Source of the DNA: Dickeya dadantii NCPPB 898
GTDB taxonomy: Bacteria; Pseudomonadota; Gammaproteobacteria; Enterobacterales; Enterobacteriaceae
NCBI RefSeq assembly: GCF_000406145.1
Contig: NZ_CM001976.1
Location: 2,353,543-2,385,542, forward strand
DNA: 32,000 nt
Direction of reading: 5' to 3'
Position 1 is the first letter of the stretch; each line of letters begins with the position of its first letter. Shown here one piece after another: positions 26,618 to 32,000 of this stretch. Under the pieces are notes generated by a model. The model did no database searches, was not told the DNA's origin, and saw nothing but the letters and a program-made list of their open reading frames with translations. Made by a program: the position numbers and the translations under genes.

Positions 26618-26644
26618 ACAGATAACCGAAAGCCGGTTATCTGT
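26618..26644. other. 11-bp perfect hairpin between the lipoprotein gene and pqiA-like 1
   Basis: ACAGATAACCG-aaagc-CGGTTATCTGT. On the plus strand it is preceded by AAAAACA and followed by only TT, then a C-run. The T-rich tail would be on the minus strand, so its function as a plus-strand terminator is uncertain. Confidence 0.4.
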
Positions 26645-26679
26645 TTCCCCCCTTATCTTGCTGAGTATTGTCCACCGCG

Positions 26680-27309
26680 ATGAAAAGCTACCCGTATTTA
26701 ATCGCCTGCCCACACTGCGGTGGCGTGTATCGCCTCCGCCCGCTGGTCGGCAACGATGTCGCGCAATGTGTGCGCTGTCTGGCCATTCTTTATCGCTCCT
26801 CGTCGATGGACCCGGCACGTTTGCTTCCGCTGGCTTTTGCTTCCGCCATCACCTTTCTGATGGCTAATGCCTGGCCTGTCATGACGGTGAGTTTTCATGG
26901 ATTAACCCATAACGTGACGCTCTGGCAATCCATGTGGTCGCTTGCTCAGGGTGATACCGCCCTTCTGGCGTGGTGCGCGGTGCTGTTCCTTATTCTTGCC
27001 CCTTCTTTACAAATCATGCTGTTAACCTGGATTTTGTTGTTCGCAAGCGCCCGCCGGCGGGCACCGGGCTTTATCGCCATCATGAAAACGCTGAGGTGGT
27101 TACGCCCCTGGAACATGATGGAAGTGGGTCTGCCCGGTTTTTTGGTCGCGGCGGGGAAACTGTCCGGTCTGCTGGATGTCTCTGTCGAGCCCGGAGGGTG
27201 GTTTCTGGTGGCTTCATTGATACTGGTTTTTATCATTACCCGTCAGGAGAATCGTTGGCTGTGGGCGCTTGGCGCGACCGTTCATCACGGAAAGGCGCAT
27301 CATGCATAA
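26680..27309 (+). CDS. PqiA-domain inner-membrane protein, half 1 of a split PqiA/LetA-type subunit
   Basis: ATG 26680 (MKSYPYLIACPHCGGVY...CVRC) gives 209 aa with a CxxC...CxxC zinc-ribbon-like N-terminus followed by 4 TM spans. Confidence 0.85.
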   Translation: MKSYPYLIACPHCGGVYRLRPLVGNDVAQCVRCLAILYRSSSMDPARLLPLAFASAITFLMANAWPVMTVSFHGLTHNVTLWQSMWSLAQGDTALLAWCAVLFLILAPSLQIMLLTWILLFASARRRAPGFIAIMKTLRWLRPWNMMEVGLPGFLVAAGKLSGLLDVSVEPGGWFLVASLILVFIITRQENRWLWALGATVHHGKAHHA

Positions 27310-27922
27310 AGTGCCGTCAGCCCGTCAGATGAATGTCTGCGATTGCCCGGTTTGCGGGCTGGTTTTCGACGCACCGGCGGCGGATGACCGTAACGCCCGT
27401 TGCCCACGTTGCCACACCCGGTTTGATGCACATTCCCCAGGCAGCACCGCCCTGTCGTGGGCTCTGCTGCTTGCCGCCCTGATTTTTTACATTCCGGCCA
27501 ATACCCTACCGGTGATGCACACCAGCCAGCTCGCCAGCGGCGGCGAAAGCACGATTATGTCTGGCGTCGTCGACTTCTGGCAGCATGGCTCGTATGGCAT
27601 TGCCCTGATCATATTTGTTGCCAGCGTGGTGATCCCTTGCATGAAGTTCCTGTCCCTGATACTCCTGCTGGTCACCGCTCGTCGGAAAAGCGCTTGGGCA
27701 AGACGCGAACGCACCCGGCTCTATCGCATAACGGAATGGATCGGCCGCTGGTCCATGCTGGATGTGATTGTCGTGGCAGTGGTGTGCAGCCTGGTTCGCT
27801 TTCATTCGCTGGGCGAAGCGGAACCCCGCCCCGGCATCCTGTTTTTTGGACTGGTGGTTATCCTGACCATGCTCTCCGCCATGAGTTTCGATCCGCGTTC
27901 GATCTGGGAGGAGGAGCAATGA
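27302..27922 (+). CDS. PqiA-domain inner-membrane protein, half 2
   Basis: ATG 27302 overlaps the upstream stop by 8 nt. 206 aa with CPVCGLVF...CPRC, then TM spans, YIPANTLPVM and RWSMLDVIVVA strings typical of PqiA repeats. Confidence 0.85.
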   Translation: MHKVPSARQMNVCDCPVCGLVFDAPAADDRNARCPRCHTRFDAHSPGSTALSWALLLAALIFYIPANTLPVMHTSQLASGGESTIMSGVVDFWQHGSYGIALIIFVASVVIPCMKFLSLILLLVTARRKSAWARRERTRLYRITEWIGRWSMLDVIVVAVVCSLVRFHSLGEAEPRPGILFFGLVVILTMLSAMSFDPRSIWEEEQ

Positions 27923-29589
27923 ATCCGATGTTACCGGGTGAGATCACCGCCATTCGCCGCAGCTGGCGTCATGCCGCTATCTGGTTCGTCCCGGTTATCG
28001 CGCTGGCGATCAGCCTCGCTATGCTGGTTCAGTCTCGCCTGTCCGCCGGTCCTGACATCACCCTTTCCTTTCGCAGTGCGACAGGGCTTGAAGCCGGTAA
28101 AACCACGGTTAAATACAAAGACGTCACGGTCGGAATAGTAAAAGATATCGTTATTAACGATGACGGTTCCCGTGTTCTGGTCAGGGTGCAACTGAACAAA
28201 AGCGCAGAGAATCTGGCGCGCAGCGGCTCACGGTTTTGGGTAGTCAGGCCACGCGTGGGGATGAGCGGCGTCAGCGGCATTGATACCCTGTTATCCGGCG
28301 CCTATATCGGCGTGGATAAAGGCTATTCATCGGAAACCCGGCGCGAATTTACCGGTCTGGAAACCCCGCCCGCCATTATCAATGACATGCCAGGGAGCCA
28401 TTTTGTCATCGACGCCGACGATTTGGGGTCGTTGGATATCGGCTCGCCGATTTACTACCGCCGGGTACAGGTGGGACGTCTTGCTTCTTATCATCTGAAA
28501 GAAGACGGCCGTGGCGTCAGTTTACAGGTTTTCATCGATGCGCCTTATGACCGACTGGTGCAGCCTGACACCCGTTTCTGGAATGTCAGCGGCGTCGACC
28601 TATCCGTCGGTGCCAACGGCTTTCGCCTGAAAACGCAGACCGTGGCTGCGGTGCTGGCCGGCGGCATCGCGTTTGCCACCCCGGAGAGCAATAAAGATAG
28701 CGATAAAACGCCGGCGATTAACTCCCCCGTCAGCTATCGATTGGCACCGGATCAGGAGTCCGCCATGTCGGCGCCGGATGGGCAGGCGATTCCATTCCGG
28801 CTTCGGTTTGAACGTGCGTTACATGGGCTGGACATCGGCGCGCCGGTAGAATTTTCCAGCGTCACCATTGGTCGGGTTACGGCTATCACGCTGGATTATA
28901 ATCCCACTGGCTATCGTTTCCCGACGATCGTGGATGTTGAGGTCTACCCCGCTCGTCTGGGAAATTTGCTGGATAAACTGCCCGGTTCATCGCCATCTGA
29001 ATCCCCTTCGCCCGCAGAAACAGTGAACAAAGCCGCCCTGTTCACCCGTGACCTTGTCGCCCACGGCCTGCGGGCCCAGGCGGTTCCCGGCAACCTGTTG
29101 ACCGGGCAACTGTATGTTTCATTCGATTTTGTGCCTGATGCCCCCAACGTCCGCTTTAATCCAAACGCCCGCCCCATCGAATTACCGACCGTCAGCGGCG
29201 GGCTGGATAAACTGCAAGCGCAATTGGGCGGTATCGTCGCCAAAGTTAACAACATGCCGCTGGAGTCTATCGGCAATAACCTGAACAACACCCTGGTTGA
29301 ATTGAACAAGACGCTGCGGTTGGTCAATAACCAGACCTTGCCGACCGCCAACAGCCTGATGAAACAAACGCAACTGACGACGGAAAACGCCCAGGAACTC
29401 ATCGCGGAAGACTCGCCATTGCTGATTCATTTCACTCAGACGTTACAGGAAGCAAGCCGGACGCTGCGCACCCTACGCGAGTTTACGGAGCAACTGGAGC
29501 GTAACCCGGAGTCGCTACTGCGTGGACGCTCATCGGATTCAGCCCCTAACGCAGCGGATGACCGTTCTGCTTCCCCCAAAGGAAAATAG
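27919..29589 (+). CDS. multi-MCE-domain intermembrane transport protein (PqiB-like)
   Basis: True start is ATG 27919 (ATGA overlap with the upstream stop, GGAGGAGG SD), giving 556 aa. It has an N-terminal TM (AAIWFVPVIALAISLAMLV), repeated MCE-type segments (GLEAGKTTVKYKDVTVGIV.., GSLDIGSPIYYRRVQVGRL.., HGLDIGAPVEFSSVTIGRV..) and a long C-terminal helical region. Confidence 0.88.
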   Translation: MNPMLPGEITAIRRSWRHAAIWFVPVIALAISLAMLVQSRLSAGPDITLSFRSATGLEAGKTTVKYKDVTVGIVKDIVINDDGSRVLVRVQLNKSAENLARSGSRFWVVRPRVGMSGVSGIDTLLSGAYIGVDKGYSSETRREFTGLETPPAIINDMPGSHFVIDADDLGSLDIGSPIYYRRVQVGRLASYHLKEDGRGVSLQVFIDAPYDRLVQPDTRFWNVSGVDLSVGANGFRLKTQTVAAVLAGGIAFATPESNKDSDKTPAINSPVSYRLAPDQESAMSAPDGQAIPFRLRFERALHGLDIGAPVEFSSVTIGRVTAITLDYNPTGYRFPTIVDVEVYPARLGNLLDKLPGSSPSESPSPAETVNKAALFTRDLVAHGLRAQAVPGNLLTGQLYVSFDFVPDAPNVRFNPNARPIELPTVSGGLDKLQAQLGGIVAKVNNMPLESIGNNLNNTLVELNKTLRLVNNQTLPTANSLMKQTQLTTENAQELIAEDSPLLIHFTQTLQEASRTLRTLREFTEQLERNPESLLRGRSSDSAPNAADDRSASPKGK

Positions 29590-29591
29590 CC

Positions 29592-30194
29592 ATGAGATTG
29601 ATACTGCCGCTGCTCACTGTCATTGTGGCGCTGACGCTACCGGCCTGCCGCTCCCCGCAGGTTCGCTACCATACGCTACTTCCCCCGACCGCCGGTGCGG
29701 TATCGCCCCCGGCGCCATTCGCGATTGAGGTATTACCGGTCGATGTACCGGCGCAGGTGGACCGACAGCAGGTGGTGATTCGCACTGGTCAGGACGGCGC
29801 CATGATCCTTGACGGCGATCGCTGGCTGAGTCCGCTAAGCGATGAGATTCACACGGCGCTGTCATCACTGCTGGCTCAGCGGCCGGGGGCCTCTAATGCA
29901 TCTGGGCAGCCGCTGCCGCGCGATATCCCTGTACTGCGGGTCCGCATGCAGATTCGGCGTTTTGACAGCTGGCCCGGTCAGTTCGTCTCGCTCGACGCCG
30001 ACTGGAGCCTGACCGCCAAAAGCGGGGATAAGCACCTCAAACTGTCTTGCCGCAGCCAGTTGACGGAAAGCGCCGCCGGCGATCTCACGCAACTGTTTTC
30101 TGCCTGGCAGAAGATTATTGAGCGAGTCGCGACACAGATGGCGGAAACCGCCCGGCAATGGCAACAAGATGGGAATATGGCGTGTCAATCGTGA
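29592..30194 (+). CDS. PqiC-like (DUF330) outer-membrane lipoprotein
   Basis: 200 aa with lipobox LPAC, then RYHTLLP and a DRWLSPL-type string, as in ABC-type transport auxiliary/PqiC lipoproteins. It starts 2 nt after the pqiB-like stop. Confidence 0.8.
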   Translation: MRLILPLLTVIVALTLPACRSPQVRYHTLLPPTAGAVSPPAPFAIEVLPVDVPAQVDRQQVVIRTGQDGAMILDGDRWLSPLSDEIHTALSSLLAQRPGASNASGQPLPRDIPVLRVRMQIRRFDSWPGQFVSLDADWSLTAKSGDKHLKLSCRSQLTESAAGDLTQLFSAWQKIIERVATQMAETARQWQQDGNMACQS

Positions 30195-30219
30195 AACGGA
30201 AAAGCGACGTGTAAACAAA

Positions 30220-30251
30220 CAGAGGATACGTCGATCAGAGGATACGCCGAT
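30220..30251. repeat. tandem 2 x 16 bp repeat (CAGAGGATACGYCGAT)
   Basis: 30220-30235 CAGAGGATACGTCGAT and 30236-30251 CAGAGGATACGCCGAT differ at one position. Confidence 0.85.
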
Positions 30252-30279
30252 GCAGCGATAGCTGGTGTTTCCTGAAGAA

Positions 30280-30307
30280 GAGCCAGTTCGGTCACCCGAC
30301 CTGGCTC
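30280..30307. terminator. bidirectional hairpin terminator between the pqi-like operon and the micro-ORF operon
   Basis: GAGCCAGTTCGG-tcac-CCGACCTGGCTC (12-bp stem, one mismatch). On the minus strand it is followed by TTCTTC, on the plus strand by CTGTTTC. Confidence 0.6.
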
Positions 30308-30332
30308 CTGTTTCACGCCCAGAGGCGGCGCG

Positions 30333-30413
30333 CTAAATATGACTGCCGATAGACAGACAACCGTTCAGGATCATGGCGGCCATGACGATACAAACCAGCC
30401 CAATAATTCTCAT
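30333..30413 (-). CDS. micro-ORF 2: 26-aa lipobox peptide MRIIGLVCIVMAAMILNGCLSIGSHI
   Basis: Hand translation. GAGGAAAG lies 5 nt upstream of the ATG. Basic residue, hydrophobic core and LNGC lipobox are present. The predicted mature part is only 8 residues. Not in the ORF track (too short). Confidence 0.4.
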   Translation of the reverse strand: MRIIGLVCIVMAAMILNGCLSIGSHI

Positions 30414-30452
30414 GTTCTTTCCTCACTCGTAACCGAATAAGATGGCTTCCCC

Positions 30453-30524
30453 CTAAAACAGGGAGACACAACCGGTCAGCATACAGACAGCCGCAGCAAA
30501 CCCTGCCAACGCCAGAATTTTCAT
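30453..30524 (-). CDS. micro-ORF 1: 23-aa lipobox peptide MKILALAGFAAAVCMLTGCVSLF
   Basis: Hand translation. GGTGGAG lies directly upstream of the ATG. It has an LTGC lipobox, and the predicted mature part is only 5 residues. It looks paralogous in design to micro-ORF 2. Confidence 0.4.
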   Translation of the reverse strand: MKILALAGFAAAVCMLTGCVSLF

Positions 30525-30538
30525 ACTCCACCCTCAAT

Positions 30539-30584
30539 AAATAAACTGTACGGTTTAGTTTATATAAAGAAAAAACACTGTCAA
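30539..30584 (-). promoter_or_regulatory. strong sigma70-like promoter overlapped by the 22-bp motif (site B)
   Basis: Minus strand: TTGACA (30579-30584), a 16-nt spacer, then TAAACT (30557-30562). The motif on the minus strand is AACTAAACCGTACAGTTTATTT (30539-30560), 19/22 identical to site A and beginning inside the -10 hexamer just as at site A. Confidence 0.5.
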
Positions 30585-30734
30585 GGCGTTGATTGTCTGA
30601 AAAAGAGGGATGAAGACGTACCAAAAAATATCGCTGCGTGACGTACGATGCCGTTGAGCAAACGCCACGCAGATGAGGTTAACGAGGAAAATGTTGGATT
30701 TATTGTCCCAATGGGCAACCAGCCCGCTGGCGAT

Positions 30735-31361
30735 TCATTTCCCTGCCTGCGGGGATGCCCCATGCAGGAAAAGCTGGACACCGTTTCTCACCATTTCTTT
30801 GACGCGATCGGTCGAATAATCAGGCAGTTCACGCTGCAACAGCACCGCATCCGCTTCGGCTTTGACCAGCGACGTAAACTGCATGGCTCTCAGCATGGGA
30901 TCTGCCGGAGCCAGTTCGCCGGTTTGCATAGCCTCGGCCATGAGATCGGCCAACCTGGCCATGCTCTCTTTCGGCCCCGACCCCTGAAACAAGGCACCGA
31001 TATCTGAATGGCCCGCCTCGCCAACCACAATGCGATAAATTTGCAAAGCCGGGTTGCCACCGGTCAGAACATGCATCATTTTTTCACCAAAACGCGTCAA
31101 CTTGATCTCCAGAGAACGCTGCCCGTCTTCCGGCATGTCGAGCTCCGCCGCCGCGTCCGTCAAAAAGCGCGTACTGTAGGTGCGTACAACCGTCTCAAAC
31201 AACGCTTCCTTTGAGGGAAAGTAGTTATAGAGCGTCGCCTTCGACCCCCCTGCTCGTTTAGCCACCTCATTCATGGACGCCCGTTCGTATCCCGTTTCCT
31301 GAAACAATTGGGCGGCGGCATCGATAATGGCCTGCCGTTTTTCCTCAGTCAGTGTTCGCAT
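30735..31361 (-). CDS. TetR/AcrR-family transcriptional regulator
   Basis: 208 aa. N-terminal HTH: KRQAIIDAAAQLFQETGYERASMNEVAKRAGGSKATLYNYFPSKEALF. Confidence 0.9.
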   Translation of the reverse strand: MRTLTEEKRQAIIDAAAQLFQETGYERASMNEVAKRAGGSKATLYNYFPSKEALFETVVRTYSTRFLTDAAAELDMPEDGQRSLEIKLTRFGEKMMHVLTGGNPALQIYRIVVGEAGHSDIGALFQGSGPKESMARLADLMAEAMQTGELAPADPMLRAMQFTSLVKAEADAVLLQRELPDYSTDRVKEMVRNGVQLFLHGASPQAGK

Positions 31362-31415
31362 TACGCCTCCTCTGGCACCTGTCCGGAATGATGTAGTCAG
31401 CGTTATTCTTAGGTA

Positions 31416-31437
31416 ACCGGACAGTACAGTTTAATTA
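31416..31437. promoter_or_regulatory. degenerate third copy of the 22-bp motif (site C) upstream of the TetR gene
   Basis: AACCGGACAGTACAGTTTAATT is 16/22 identical to site A. On the minus strand it contains TAAACT (31429-31434), 68 nt upstream of the TetR ATG. An 8-bp inverted repeat CTGTCCGG (31379-31386) / CCGGACAG (31418-31425) flanks this region. Confidence 0.3.
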
Positions 31438-31802
31438 TGTCGCAGTATGCCACATTCCGGCCCCCCAAGAAACCGCGCGGCGTTGACCATCTCCCGTATG
31501 TGTAAGTCGAGTTTCGGTAACAGCGCGCCCAGCAGTTAAAATCGTACATTTGTATTAAAATAGATATTTAAGTCCGTAAAATTAAATTTTATGAAAATAA
31601 ATAAGAATTAAATTCTGAATATAAAATCATAAATGGTTTTTTGATCCAAAAGTTCATTCTGTTTTTTTGAGCAAGATTGTCAAATCCACGCTATTCTCTT
31701 CTCACTGCCAGCAAGGATACGATGCAGGCCGGATTACGGAACGCCCGATATCGCCCGCTGTCATCGTGGGCTGGCATTCCCGCTGACGCCCGGAGAGGAA
31801 CC

Positions 31803-32000
31803 ATGAGATCGAAAAGTGAAATCACAGCAGAACAACTGATACGCAGCGCCGCGGCCATCATTCGGCGTGATGGTCTGCACGCCTGTACGCATCGGGCTGT
31901 AGCTGAAGAAGCGCAGATGTCGCTGGGCGCCACCACCTACCATTTTAAAACGCTGGATGATCTGCTGGCCGCGGTGATGCATCAGGCGATTGAAGACTTT
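31803..32000 (+). CDS. second TetR-family regulator, first 66 codons (runs off the window end)
   Basis: Not in the ORF track because it is open-ended. GGAGAGGAA SD precedes ATG 31803. Translation is MRSKSEITAEQLIRSAAAIIRRDGLHACTHRAVAEEAQMSLGATTYHFKTLDDLLAAV, a TetR HTH pattern. Confidence 0.8.
   Translation, partial: MRSKSEITAEQLIRSAAAIIRRDGLHACTHRAVAEEAQMSLGATTYHFKTLDDLLAAVMHQAIEDF

Noticed and set aside
26618-26644. Calling the 11-bp hairpin a definite terminator separating the lipoprotein gene from the pqi-like genes
   Set aside because: The T-rich tail lies on the wrong (minus) strand, where no gene needs it. On the plus strand only TT followed by a C-run comes after the stem. It is kept as an unexplained hairpin.
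27457-27918. N-terminal 154 codons of the 710-aa track ORF (apparent long PqiB)
   Set aside because: This part lies out of frame over PqiA half 2 and is Arg/Pro/Gly-rich nonsense. The MCE protein starts at ATG 27919, with a GGAGGAGG SD and an ATGA stop/start overlap.
30313-30624. 103-aa minus-strand ORF spanning the micro-ORF region
   Set aside because: It reads across both micro-ORFs and their promoter in another frame, has no SD and no family features. The two SD-preceded lipobox micro-ORFs explain the region better, though they remain hypothetical themselves.
1-32000. CRISPR arrays, tRNA/rRNA genes, IS elements or integrases
   Set aside because: Reading both strands, I saw no regularly spaced repeats, no tRNA-like cloverleaf candidates, and no transposase- or integrase-like ORFs. 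This is visual inspection only.

Overview
This window looks like the replication-terminus region of an enterobacterial chromosome. Gene content (expansin, glycosyl-glycerate operon) suggests a plant-associated Pectobacteriaceae/Dickeya-like organism, but taxonomy cannot be verified here.

Positions 1-15,000 are conserved core, syntenic with the E. coli terminus-proximal genes: add (open at the window edge and missing from the ORF track), an EamA permease with an Lrp-type regulator, ydgA, manA, fumC, tus with a TerB-like Ter site in its promoter, ynfM/ynfL, mlc, ynfK, ynfD- and ynfB-like genes, and ydfG.

Positions 15,000-18,800 carry a SAM methyltransferase, a two-gene glycosyl-3-phosphoglycerate synthase/phosphatase (compatible-solute) operon and a GNAT.

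At 18860-18887 there is a near-perfect chromosome dimer-resolution site dif (27/28 to E. coli dif). An AT-rich two-gene islet of about 1.75 kb follows directly. It holds a hypothetical gene interrupted by an in-frame TAG and an AT3-family O-acyltransferase. A dif-like half site in direct orientation bounds its far side. I read this as a candidate Xer-exploiting insertion (IMEX or dif-module-like) and rank it the most interesting signal in the window.

Next to the islet, a head-to-head LysR/DMT pair has been collapsed by a deletion, with an added G-run frameshift.

The right third is accessory: tehA without tehB, a ClbS/DfsB-like protein, a bacterial expansin, a Pqi/MCE-type envelope system with split PqiA and an upstream lipoprotein, two tandem micro-ORFs encoding lipobox peptides, and two TetR regulators. 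A 22-bp near-palindrome recurs at three promoters of this right-hand module.

No CRISPR array, rRNA, tRNA or transposase was recognised. All calls come from hand translation, hand alignment and remembered family signatures; no searches were run.
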